DNA of 64,000 bases from assembly GCA_037447605.1 (NCBI GenBank), contig CM074804.1, forward strand, positions 4,007,909-4,071,908. The letters run 5' to 3'. This document shows positions 1 through 12,639 of this stretch, one piece after another. The notes beneath the pieces were generated by a model, which worked only from the letters and a program-made list of their open reading frames with translations, was not told the origin of the DNA and ran no database searches. Every line of letters starts with the position of its first letter. The stretch's first letter is position 1. Origin of the DNA: Zygnema circumcarinatum SAG 698-1b (taxonomy: Eukaryota > Plantae > Zygnematophyceae). Both the position numbers and the translations under genes were made by a program.

Positions 1-74
1 GTTCTATGTCAGCATGCAGTTTTTCGCTGGACCGCAAAGTCTAAACTGTATGCTCGCCTTCTTCGTCTGTGCAG

Positions 75-3000
75 GGTTTCCGCCCTGTGAGAGACAGAGA
101 ACGGATTTTGGCGCGCTATGCAGCTTTGCTGCATGAAGTGACGTCGTCTGACCTGTTCGCAGACATCTCTTTGCCGGAGGTCAGTGCCGATTCCCCTTCT
201 TTCTCCCTCTCCCTCCCCCTCTCTTTCTCTCACTCTCTCTTCCCCCTCTCTCTCTCTATCCCTCCTTCCCCTTCATTGATCGTCTTTGTGATGATTTTTT
301 AAGATTTCATCATCTGCAGATTTTGTGCAGTCCTGTTAAGTTATTCTCCTTTGAGTCTGTGTAGATGAGCAGCGACATCAAGGAGGCCCCAACGACACTT
401 GCAGCTCTCCAAAGAGCTGTTTCGGAGCTCCATTCCCGGCAAAGCATTGGCCTTTCAGCCCCTCCTTCCACGGAACGAAGTGCCAAAGCGAAGGTTGAAG
501 TAATGCAGGCGAGCGCGGCCCTCCTCGCATTGGAGGCGGCGGCGGCGGAGATGCAAGCCGCCTTCGGAGAATGGCAGGCCCTTTTTCAGTGGGTGGATGG
601 ACCTCTCATTGCAGCCATGAAGAATGGGGACTTGCTCGTAATCGACGAGATTTCTCTTGCCGAAGACGCAGTGTTGGAGAGGTTGAATTCGGTCCTAGAG
701 CCAAAACGACAACTGGTAACTTCTACAAAGCCATTTTGGCAGATTTCAAGCAACATTGAAAAGGCGAGCACTGTGCAGTTGGCCTCATAGGACCATCTGA
801 CAGATGGTTCTGCTTGCAGGTGCTTGCGGAGAAGGGAGATGCCTCTTCTGATCAACTCACAGCTCACTCGAAGTTCCGAATCTTGGCAACTATGAATCCT
901 GGGGGAGATTTTGGGAAAAAGGAGCTTTCTCCTGCGTTAAAGAATCGTTTTACGGAAATTTGGGTTCCTTCAATCACTGATATAGGTGATCTTCGAGCAA
1001 TTGTGGAGGATAGGTGAGCTTCATGTTCTACAATACTGAATAGACTCTGCCTTGCCTGAGCTTGTGAGCCCAATAGAGTATTTTTTTCAATTTTTTTTGA
1101 ACTTCAGGTCATCAAGAGGAGGCAAATCAAGATTTTTTTGTCAGAAAAGTCCGCGTTTATGTAGTTTTTGGATGCTTGCACGGCTGCAGGTTCAAGACGA
1201 TAGAAACGACAAAATTAGCAGAGCCGCTTTTGGATTTTTGGCAGGTGAGAGCTTTGTGTCGACGCATGTTCGTTCTACAATTGGTTTCGGTTATTGCGTT
1301 GATCGACACTTAAGGCTGACGTTGAAATGTTCACATACAGGAGTTTGCCATCCTGCCTGCATCTCTGCTTCCTAGGAATCCCTCATCATCTCCCCTGCTT
1401 TGACTCCTCTTCTCGGTTGCGCTCTCCTTCAGCCGCCCTTGCTCTCCCCATTCTCTCTCTCTCCCTGCGTCCTTCTGCCTCTCTGCTTCTCTCACACATA
1501 CAGAAGCAAAAAATTGGCTGCCATATAGCAATTCAGCTGCTCAGTGTTTCCAGATGCACGCAGAAGGTGCTTATCAGTAGGGGAGTATTGCTTTTCTTGC
1601 AGTGGTTCAAGTTATCCGGTAATGTTGGAAAGGTGTTGTCGATTCGAGATATCCTCGCGTGGGTCTCATACATAAACTCAGCGGCAGAGAAGATCGGTTC
1701 TTATGTGGCATATGTTCATGGTGCCTTCGTTGTGCTGCTCGATGGAATCGGCCTCGGTAACCAACCACTTGAACTTTATCACTCTTTTCTGACATCGTTC
1801 TCACTTTTCTTTACACTTGTAGGAAACTGCTACTGCTGGTGATTGTTGAACTGAACTTCATAAGCAGAACTGTACCAAAATGCATGCATTGGGGTCGTTG
1901 ATGCCATGTCAATTACATTATTTATGTGCTTCTTTACTTACTGTGATGGTTTAAACTGTTGAGAAGTAGTTCTTGTGGTCTTTTTCCGGATTTGTTGTCG
2001 ACAGGGCTTGGGGTGTCGGAGGAAGCTGCCGAGCAAACTCGCAAAGAGTGTTATCAATATCTCATATCGCAAATTCCTGCAGTGAGTTGTACTGGAAGTC
2101 CTTCACTCTTGTCAATCTCGACTTCTACACCTTTTGACTGTGTTCAGAGACAATGTTATGAAAGAAATGGGTAATTGTCTTTATTTTTCATTTCCTAAAA
2201 AGATAGATATTACAGGCTTCTCGAATCTGATCAATACGACTGAATGCGTATGCCTTTCAGGAAGAAAGAAATAGTGTGGAGGAAGTGTGCAACCCGCAGC
2301 GAACGCCGCGAGTCGATATGCAGAATGACTGTTCCATGGAGACATCAGATGACAGGGGCGATGAGAGGAATGAAGCACCCGGAGGAATGTTTGGCATCCA
2401 TCCTTTCTACATTCCAAAAGGTGGGCTCCTTCCTTTCCGTCACCCACCGAAACAAGAACACATAGCTCTTCCTCTCGATCAGGGAACAGTGCGATAAATG
2501 CATGGGAGGTCACGTCTGGAAGGGGATTTCTCGACCCTTTTGCGGCAATGGGCCCCTTTTGCACTTTGCTCAAGTGGGTACTTATTAGTAAATTATTGGA
2601 GGTATTGACAATGAATCACGAAAGCATGGTACTGATACTGACGGAGCCACGCTGTTCTATGTGCAGGTTCCCATGACGGTAAAAGAGCCCCGTTCGAGTT
2701 AGCAGCACCCACTACAGCACGGAACGGAATGCGCGTTCTGAGGGCTCTGCAGCTGAAGAAGCCAGGTTGGGGGTTCAGCGTTAGGGGCAAACACTTGAGC
2801 AAAAGCGAGCTCTGTACAAACTCTTGAGAACAAGGAAAGTGGACAATACTTATAGAAATGTAGGGTTTCCCTTTACATTTGTTGCTCGACATTTTTCTTA
2901 TCTGTAAGAATGTGTGCTTGCAGTCCTTCTGGAGGGCAGTCCGGGAGTCGGCAAAACGAGCCTTATTGTGGCACTGGCTGCAGCTGCGAACCATCGGCTG

Positions 3001-6000
3001 GTCAGAATAAACCTTTCGGAGCAGGTACAACCTGAACACCCTCGGAGCAGTAGAGACTTGTGAAGGCTTTAACTTCCTGGAATGTCATCAAACGTGCACT
3101 CAGCCATCCTCTGACACGACATCTGACCAACTGCCTAAGAAAAGTTCATCCTTAAAGCCATTGTTCTTCAGAAGTGCTTGTAGTCCTTAACCTCCTACTC
3201 TCCGCCGCTGCCTGCACTCTCATCCATTGCCGCTTCTGGGAGCCCGCGGCAGACAGACATGATGGACCTTTTGGGGTCGGACCTTCCGGTGGAGGGCGGG
3301 AGAGGAGGAGATTTCCGCTGGTCAGATGGAGTGTTCTTGCAGGTGGGTGGGAGAGGAGGGGGCTGGAAACCGAGAAACATCTAAGGTCTAACCTCATAGC
3401 AGTCCCTCAAAAGTGCTCGTTCTATGTGTGGTTCAATTCAGAGAATACGAACTGCTGCATGGTTACTATGCGTGTGCACTTTATGATGCCTTCGTCGGAT
3501 GCTGATAAGGATGGATGTGAATCCGGCATGCAGGCCCTCAAGGCAGGGGACTGGGTGCTGCTGGATGAGCTCAACTTGGCCTCCCAGTCCATTTTGGAGG
3601 TGCAAACATCTTCAGCTTACAGGAGAAAGATTGCTCCTTTTTCTGTTCATCTTCGAAGGGTTTGACAGCTTCTAGCGAGGCTTGGGAGTTCTAACAGCCT
3701 ACTGCCTCGCAACAAAGGCGACGCTTTTCTTTATGTTGGTTTTTTTTTTCTGTTGAATCATGGGATGTACTTCTTGGTTTATTTTTTTATTTGTATTTTT
3801 TTCCTTGTGAAGGGACTGAATGCTTGTCTCGACCATCGAGCGGAGGTCTTTATTCCTGAGTTGGGCCAAGTTTTCAAGTGCCCTCCTTCCTTCCAAATAT
3901 TCGCCTGTCAGAACCCGCTGCAGCAAGGAGGTGGCCGGAAAGGACTGCCAAAATCTTTCCTGAACAGATTCACAAAGGCATGTGCCCTCTCACACTCTCT
4001 CATTTGATCGATGGCCTCTCTCCTCTCCCCACTCCCCCCCTCCTCTCCCGCTGCTGCCTCTCTTCCGCCTCTCCCTGTCCCTCTCGCTCTGTCTCTCTCC
4101 CCACACCCACTCTAGTTTCTCACCCACAGTTGAGAAAATAAAAAAAAGAACAAAACCAATTCTGGCTGGGTAGCGCAGTGGTAGCGCATGTTCAACAACC
4201 CTGGACAGGTCCGGGTTCGAGCCCCGGCTCGGCCACATTTCAAATCCTCGTATCCTCGTGCCAGATGTCGTCAAACAAACCTGACTTCCTTCTTTTCTAT
4301 TCCCCATTCCTGCACCAATATCTCATCTCCTCAAGACTCTTTTCAGCTGCTCATGCCTCGCGTCCCTTTTGACAGTTTAAGTGTCTGATGATATAGACTC
4401 ATCCCCCCTCTTCCTCTTCTTTCTCGCAGGTGTACGTGGAAGCGCTGAGCGGCGAGGACCTGTTGCTGATCGCGGCCGCCCTGCAGCCCTCCCTCCCCCG
4501 CGGCCTCCTTCAAAAGATGATCGCCTTCAACGAGCGAGTGCGCCATGCCACCATGGTGGCCCGCACGTGCGGGCGTGCAGGGGCGCCATGGGACTTCAAC
4601 CTGCGGGACGTACTGCGCTGGTGCGAACTCATCACTGCAGGTACGGGGGAGGGAGGGAGGGAGGGACGGAGGGAGGGAGGGAGGGAGGGAGGGAGGGAGG
4701 GAGGGAGGCAGATTCCGCACCGATACTCGGATGAGACCCTTGTGAAGGTAGTTCCGGGTATGGTGCAGTATATGTTTGACGAGGGAAGAATGAACGTGTA
4801 TCTGATTGTGGCAGGTGGCAAAAGAGAGCAGGGAGTTGAAGGACCCGGTGTATTCGAGCATCCGGGAGATTACCTTGATTTGATTTATCTTCAACGACTG
4901 AGAACGGCAGAAGATAGGCAGAAAGTTCTTGCTCTTTACACTGAGATTTTCGGTGGCCTGCCTGAGTTAAATCTTCACCCACCAATTATCATTTCTCCAG
5001 AAGCTCTGCAAATCGGAGCCGGGCACATTTCCCGCAAGTCTGGCACAGAAAGTTCTCAGGCTGAGAGGAGCCATTGGGGAGTGGAGCTCCTTCCCGGACT
5101 GTTCCATGTTGCAGAAAATGTAATTCGTTGTATCCAACAGGGATGGATGTGCATTCTTGTAGGCCCTCCAGCATGTGGAAAGACATCCGTTGTAAGGTTA
5201 TTAGCACAGATTACAGGGAACCGCTTGCATGAATACACCCTCACCAGCGCTACAGATACAACAGAGCTGCTCGGCTGCTTCGAACAACATGATCCCTTTC
5301 GCCATCTGAGGGAGGTGGAGGAGCTGGTAGAAGAGGCTTTGGATGCTCTATGCTGCTACTTGCTTACGGAATCTGCAATGCCAGTAGGTCCGATAGACAT
5401 CTCCTTAACTGCAGGAGACGAAGGGAATCGTGGGAAAGCTTCCATCGATGGCATAGAGTCGTCCGGAAACCGAGTGAGGATGGAGTCTGCATCTGCTGGG
5501 GTGAGAGTGAGTATGGTGAAGAATCTGCATGGGAGCTGGGGCACATACACGAAGGGCAGACATGGGGCTTCCGGCATGTTCAACAGGGGGGGGGCTACGG
5601 CGGCAACAGTCGATCCACTACTTGTAGACCTTCTACTTCAGATTGTCGAACAAATGGAGTCTGCGTGGAGGCTGGGGGGTTCTCCAGTTCTGGCAGCACA
5701 CTTAGGGTTGGAGCAGCTGAAGGCGAAGGTGCTCAGAGTGAGACAGATTGTTGAAGATGAAGGACACGTAGCAGGCCAATTCGAGTGGGTGGATGGGGCC
5801 CTGCTTTCTGCTCTCGAGCGAGGAGATTGGGTCGTTCTGGACAATGCCAATTTCTGCAATCCGACGGTCCGTTTCTCTCTCTCCACTGTGACTGTAGCAG
5901 CTTCTAATCAAACCTAGCTTTGCATCCGATATGTTTAGAGACTGAAATACAGGCATTGGATCATTTTTTTTTTATTTTTTTAACACTAACACCTGGGACT

Positions 6001-9000
6001 TCTGCAAATTTCCACGTTGAGTAGATCACGTAACTGTTGGGGTCAGATTATTCGCAACCATGGGCCTGTCCCTTGAGCCCGAATATTCGAATACGAAGCT
6101 CAGCATTTCTGTTGTGGAATTCGCAGGTGCTCGACCGCTTGAACCCTCTGCTTGAGCCTGGAGGCACCATCATGGTCAATGAGAGGGGTTTGGTCAGTGG
6201 TCAGCCAATGGTAGTCAAAGCTCATGAGAATTTTCGTCTCTTCCTCACCGTGGATCCCCGCTATGGTGAAGTATCTCGAGCAATGCGGAATCGCGGTATT
6301 GAGATATATCTCATGCCCCCTGACTGGCTACCTCCATCATTTGGAGCTGCCTCTATCGACACTCCGAGTCTGAACGAGGTTATTTCGAGTCATACAAATC
6401 CTGCAAATGCGCGAGACTCTTTGGCACTGGCCAGGCTCTCCGGCATTCCCGGACCCAATCTCACAGAGGCCATGGCTGGAAGCTATGAAGAGCTCATCGT
6501 GTGTTCAAAGTTGTTCCGTAACGGAACTTCGTTTGTTACGCTGCGAGATTTGAGGCAATGGTGTAGACTGTTCTGGGAGCTTCTAGAAAGAGGGTCGACT
6601 GTGAAACCAGCTCTTATGGCGAGCTGGGAGCAAACGTTCATTCAGAAACTGGAGACCTCGGAAGATAAGGAGACGGCTAGGGACGTTCTGCAACGGCATT
6701 TTCATGGGATGGAGGAGGGAGGGGGGGTGGCAGGTGGATGGCCAGGGTTGGCTGTTCCTGCAGGATGGCCTCACAAACTGGGATTGGCTGAAATTCGAAG
6801 AATGTCGGAATCGGGCAGAGTTTATAGGGATGCAATGTACATAAACTTTTTAGTAGCTCAACTGATGGCGGTAGAATTGGAAGCTAATTGGAGCAATGCT
6901 AGGGAGCAGCTTGCGAGGGAACAGGTGGCAGCCTCGGAGTGGTTTAGAAGCCAGTCAAAGCTGGCAGCTTTCTTCCCTAGAGATCTTCTAATCATGTACT
7001 TTGCAATGACTTCTCCGGCAAGTGCAGATGAATCTCCTCGGAAGGAAATGAACTTCAAGATTTTGCTCAAAAAACTTAAGTTTGCAGTTTGGCGATTTTT
7101 TGAGGAGACTCGACCTGTGGATGCGAAGCTGAGGCTGCGTTACCTTCGAAGCATCGTTCTTTTGATTGGTGCTGAAGGTAGAGTCGTTGCCAGAATTCTG
7201 CACATTTTAGACCGAGCTTTTGAAGCAGAAATGAATCATTCTACTACAAGGGGAGCTTTAGCAGTAAGAGAAAACCTCTTCCACCTGTTGTCGGTTCCGT
7301 CAGATGCAAAGAACCTCCAGCCGGTGGACTTGACTGGAAGCAAATACATGAGGAGTAGAGTGAGGCAAGTAATCGAACGAGTGGGAGAGGCAGAGGACTG
7401 GGAGACCGGAGAGGATGCTCTGCCCCAGAGGGTTCCGTTTTATGAAGTAAGAGAGACGTGGAAGGTGATGATCACTCATAAACAGACATCAAAGTTGTTG
7501 AGAAAGGCGATGCATCAGTGGCAGGTTGAAGAAGTAACAGAGACACAAATAAGGGAAAGGAGGGAAGACTACAGGGGGTCCTTATTCGGTCAGTCTCTTT
7601 GGCATTTCACAAAGCCAAGGGAGAGGAGGCAGGCACTGCTCTCACACGCTGCTGCTGTCTATATCTACCCTCTCTTTGCGAGTCTGCGACAAATTGAAAG
7701 GCTGAGTCTGGAGGCAGCTAAGGTGGAAGTTCAGACCAAGCTTACAGAGCTCCTCGAATGGCATGCTGCCACGTGGCAATTGTCGCTTCTGCCAAGCTTA
7801 GCTTTTGAAGAGTTTGTGTTCTGCTGGAGGGGTTTGAAGAAGGCCTTGCGCTCTTATAGCGAGGCTTCACTAAGGGAGGTGTTGGCGGGGGATGATGTTC
7901 GACTAGAGCAGATGGAAAACCTTAAGCAGATTGAGGGGGAGTTGGATAGATCGTTAGGGCTTGGAGAAGGAGCGTCAAAGCCAACGCTCTGGAGGAGGGG
8001 AGGGCATCCATGGATAGCTCCTACAATAGAATTAGCGATGGAAGAAGTCAGAGTCCTCCAAGTGAGTCAAAAGATGAGGCTGCGTCTTCCTCTAGGTATG
8101 TTCTTTGACCTCAAAAAGACCGGTCTTGTTTTTCTTTCAATTTTGTCATGAGTCAGAGGCTACTTTTGAACTGTTATCGTCGTGCTTTAGCTTTCACAGC
8201 AGCCTAACTTGTAGCCGGGGTTTTTGGAATAAGCAGAGGACCAATCAGCGGTGAACAAGTGGGCTCTTTGTTCCGATAAAGTTACGAGAAGACTCGTGTC
8301 GGAGGGGCTTGCCTTCATCCGCTCTGCAGCATTTCAAGCTGAAAAACTTCGCAACCTTTCTCGGCCTTTGGAATCTTCTCTGACGGACTTCATGCAACTT
8401 GGAGATATAGCACAGGTAGGTCTGCATGGAACGAAAGAAAATCATCAAGTGTCCTCCTCTTCACCAAAATGTACCCTTGCTTTGTACATCTTCTCATCGA
8501 AAAACGCTTTAGCTCTCCCTTTCGGGTTGGATCGTTGTCTGGTGACATGTGCAGCTATTAGAGTCGACATTGGAAGCTTCCTGCCAAGTGCTCGACAGAG
8601 AGGATGCTTACTCTCCGATTCCTGTTGGCATTAGCAACGAACTTAGCGGAACTTCTGAAGATTCTGGCCACAAAGGTCGGTTGGGAGCACTGCGATTTCC
8701 CACAGCTCTTCTGAAATGGGAGAGTGTCCGATCAATGTGGTTGCGATTGGTTCCGCTTTTGGATCACAAAAGCCTTTTGAGAGAGATGGAACTTCTCGGG
8801 AATGCCATCCAGTTGGTGAACTTGCGGCATGGTGCGGAGCAACCGGACGTAAAGATCGGGCAGGTGAGCAGCTTTCAAACTTTTAGTTTCTGCTATGTCT
8901 TGCCTTTCCATTCGCTTTGCTGCGATAGCCAATGTATTCGTTTGAAAATCCATGCACTCATGCAGGTGTTGGAGGAGTCCGCTCTCAAATTACATGTGGC

Positions 9001-12000
9001 GATGTCTCTTTCATCATCATCTCGCGCCCCGGAAGATATGACGCCATATCTGCAGCTCATCTGGCTATCGGATTTTTTGGACTCTGAAGGCTCAGGTAAA
9101 CCTTGAAGGCGTTCCCCTTCCTGCACAGGCTATGCTATATGGAGTGTACTACGAGTATGTCTTAGGGAGCTGGGGGGACGGAGGGGAGAGGAGTAGGAAA
9201 GTGAGGAAGTGAAGGGGGGCGAGAGAGAGTTCAAGAGAGCGAGAGAGAGGGAGAGTGAGAGAGAGACAGATGCGTCTCCCCCGTTGTCAGATTTAGTGAG
9301 AGTAATGTTGTCCTTGATGTGGTTGTCATACAGCTGCAGAAACGCTGGAGATATTTCCAAACTTGGTGCATGAGATGTGGCACAACTGGCACGCAGCGCT
9401 GTGGGGGAACTCTCTTGCTCCTCTCCCGCTCTATCTCGCAGAGGGGTCAACGGGAGGGGCAGTGCTGGACAGAGAGGTAGGCTCCCACTCTGCAAAATCA
9501 CTGCTTGCAGAGGTGAAGCAGCAAAGACTTGAAAAAATATCTCAGATATCTCTAACTGAAACTAAAGTACAACTGTTTCCATGGCTGCATCTATAGGTCC
9601 TTGTCAAGGAAGGGTGGGCAGCCTCTGTTGGACCTCCCCAACTCTTCCAAGCATCGCAGACTGCAGCCTCTGTGGCACTCATGTCAGTCAACATGCCCTT
9701 CCTTCTCCCTCTTCCTCCCCCGCTCTCTCTCCTCGTGTGTTTGTCCACCCCAAGTCGTAAACCTGTGAGAAACCTGCTTCACGGGATATGTAAGTGGGAG
9801 CTATCATCTGAATTTGGGGAAATGGTTGTATTGTTGTACGGAAACTTTCATTGTTTCGTAGGTTTTGTAGCCTTGATTTTTTTTTTGAATGGTTTGGTTT
9901 ATATTACTGCTGGGTTCTAAATTCTTTCCTGATGGTCGTACTTTGCATGAACCAAACAGAGGTGGAGGCAAGTTGGAAATCAAAGACCATCTTCCACGGA
10001 TGGTGCAGCTTCAGCTGGCAGCGTGTCATTGGTGGAGTGCAATTGAAAACAAAGGAAAAGTCAACCACTGTCACCTCGACCGATTGAATGCAAGCCGCTT
10101 GTTTTGTCAGGTGAGAAAAACTTACCTATACTGTTTCCTTAAACAAATTTTGCTTTAGGTTTCTCACGTATAACCCTTTTTTCCTTTTTAGCGTGAGTCT
10201 CAAGATTCTGAACAAGATTCCGTCCTCCGAATGAATGGCTTTGATTGCAGATTGTTTCGACTTTCGACACAACCTTCTCAAAAGCTGAGGGAGACTTTTT
10301 GCGCGAGAAACTCCGCGCCTTCGATAAAATCGCAGTAGAGGTACAATTTAAGGTCCCCCACAACTCTCAACTATGCAATAAACCAATGCATTAGGGCTGG
10401 GAATCATCAATGCTTCAACAGCTCAACTTTACCTTGACCGAACGAACTGATTTTAAACTGGGCAACTGTTGAATCTATGCGAAACTGTTAAAGCCATATA
10501 CTTATCCGGAAAACCCCAAAACGCTGAAACTCTTGAAATTTAATAACCCCCACAATCAGCGAAGCATCTCAGCCAGTCTGAAGGGAAAGTGCATGCTGCA
10601 GGGCCAAACCTTGAACAAAGTGGAAATGCAGCAACTTGGGGAGGTCTTACTCCGCTCAAAAGACCAAAGGCTGGCAGCGCTCGTGCACCCTTTGATTCTT
10701 CCCTGTATAGAATCCCTCTATGGCGGAGAAAACCATTCTCAAAGTATGTCAAACTTCTGCTTCATCGCCCTTGCCGCCATTCATGGTGACAGAGAATGCA
10801 ACTGTGATGATGCTTACATTTTCGTGTTTAATAATAGGATGGAAATCGACTAGCAGAACAAGGTAGAGGGATGCATGAATTTAGTCTCATCATTTCGATT
10901 GCAACTGCAGATTGTTCAAATGCGTGGGAAGACATGCGAGGGCGAGGGAAGGCTTGGCTCCTTATTGGTGCTCTGCGGCTTCACCTCCTTCTGCCGTCGG
11001 ATGGCTGCGATCCCGCGGCTAAGTACACGTACAAGAGGGCTCATCTGCAGCAACGTCTGGAGGAGATTAAAGTAGAGATTGAGGTGATACACACAAAAAT
11101 TGAATCCCAAGTCCTAATAATAATTCGAAAAATCGAATACTAGGAACTCTGAAGCCTCTTCGGTTTGTGTGCACTTGCCTTCATCTACCTTTGTTATGAG
11201 GTGTAGTAAGAAAGGCTGACCGCATAGAAGATTCAAAAGCGATACACGAAAACTCAGTGAATGCACTTTGGATGGTCTGCTTCTCTCAGGCACGCGAGGA
11301 GGCAGAGCTTCTCCTCACAGGAGCTGCCACGTCAACCGAGATCTCAACACTCAAGTCAGAAGCTGCAGATTTAGAGATCAAAATCAAACGGATGTCAGCC
11401 AAGGTACATTTCTGAGGGATGCGGGCTTGTACATTCCAAACCTACGCGAGAACAAAGAGAGCTCTGAGCTTTGGAATGAACGTCTTTTCAAGTGAAGAAG
11501 CGCACAGACCTACATGAGCAATGTGCGGATGTTTTCTGTTGCCCCTTTGCAGGTGATCGCCCGACCGTCCCCCCCGCAGTTCGGCGCCTTCTTTCATGAC
11601 GTGGCCTCCTTCCGCGCTCGCCACGCAAGCCTCGCCCGCGTGGCCGCCCTCCTCGCCGCCACCACGAGGCAGGACCTCGCCACGTGGCGCAGCGTCGCTC
11701 TCAGCTTTGCTCAACGCCTTTCCGAGAATTTTCCCCTCTATCGCGATGTGGTAAATCCGGTACAGCTGGCGAGCTATGAGATGGCATACGGGGTTTCTCT
11801 GATTCTAACGTCGCAGCTGGGGGGTTGCCACGAGGGAAGGCTGGAGACTATCACTGTAAGCGAGTCCCCTTTGCCCCCACCCTCCCCTACCCCTCCCTCC
11901 CCTCCCCTCCCTCCCCTCCCCTCCCTCCCCTCCCTCCCCCTCCCCTCCCCTCCCCTCCCTCCCCTCCCNNNNNNNNNNNNNNNNNNNNNNNNNNNNNNNN

Positions 12001-12299
12001 NNNNNNNNNNNNNNNNNNNNNNNNNNNNNNNNNNNNNNNNNNNNNNNNNNNNNNNNNNNNNNNNNNNNTAAGGATTTTCTTTTGATTCCTTGAATTTGAC
12101 TCTTGGTTGTTAAATCTATGGAGTGAATCTGTGAATGCAGTCGGTCTCCTTCAGCGGAGGGGCTCCGAAATTCACAAAGTACCTGGACACCTTCCCCTTC
12201 CCGTATTACATTCTGCTCAGAGACATCGAGGCTCTCCCTCAGACTCTCGCGAACCTGCTCCGCCAATGGTTTGAGCTCATGCACGTCATGTCATCGTGA
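75..12299 (+). CDS. MDN1: Midasin (Rea1/MDN1) AAA+ ATPase, 5'-partial, middle/C-terminal part hidden in the N gap. Exons: 75-179, 365-715, 820-1013, 1190-1244, 1603-1756, 2005-2081, 2261-2420, 2667-2765, 2924-3024, 3253-3342, 3534-3599, 3813-3977, 4430-4640, 4815-5866, 6127-8095, 8237-8415, 8555-8863, 8966-9095, 9334-9476, 9597-9682, 9960-10110, 10251-10340, 10602-10743, 10911-11083, 11290-11403, 11553-11855, [gap], 12141-12299
   Basis: Phase-consistent spliced ORF with tandem AAA modules: FQWVDGPL...IDEISLAEDAVLERLNSVLE, LLEGSPGVGKT, WVLLDELNL, GPPACGKT, FEWVDG...VLDNANFCNPTVLDRLNPLLE. The terminal exon after the gap encodes the midasin C-terminus KYLDTFPFPYYILLRDIEALPQTLANLLRQWFELM*. Confidence 0.93.
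4164..4235 (+). ncRNA. tRNA-like cloverleaf with a non-canonical anticodon arm (tRNA pseudogene, SINE head or tRNA-like RNA) in an MDN1 intron
   Basis: 72 nt. Acceptor stem GGCTGGG/CTCGGCC plus discriminator A; D-arm GCGC-AGTGGTA-GCGC; T-arm CCGGG-TTCGAGC-CCCGG; Pol III A-box-like TAGCGCAGTGG and B-box-like GGTTCGAGCC. Anticodon arm TGTTCA-ACAACCC-TGGACA lacks U33 and purine 37. Confidence 0.6.
11969..12068. other. Assembly gap (100 N) inside MDN1, preceded by a (CCCCT)n-like tract at about 11874-11968
   Basis: Run of exactly 100 N directly after a C-rich low-complexity tract. Confidence 0.98.
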
Positions 12300-12639
12300 C
12301 CAGGAGGGGGAATCTAGTGCCTGAGGGAGTGAGCTCTTTACAAGTGAATAAAGGCCCGGCTTGATGTTGACTGCGCCGGGATTCAATTTTGGATGACTTT
12401 TTTAGGGGTTAGATCAATCGGCCATGTATGCCAAAGTAGCCTTGTTGGGAAAAACACGACTTTCATGTAAGGAAAGACATTGTAACAATCTGTGATTTTG
12501 GCAAAGAATCTCCTTCAGGAAAGTGCATTCCTGTACTAAAACTTGCTAATCAATTGTCTCCAGTCATTATTCTACACACGTGCGACTACGACACCATGGA
12601 GTTTCCAAAAGTTGGGGTCTCATTCTCCTTCCTCTCTCT

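Noticed and set aside
2483-2575. Apparent extra MDN1 exon with an AG acceptor
   Set aside because: Exons 2261-2420 and 2667-2765 join in phase and give the expected midasin sequence without it.
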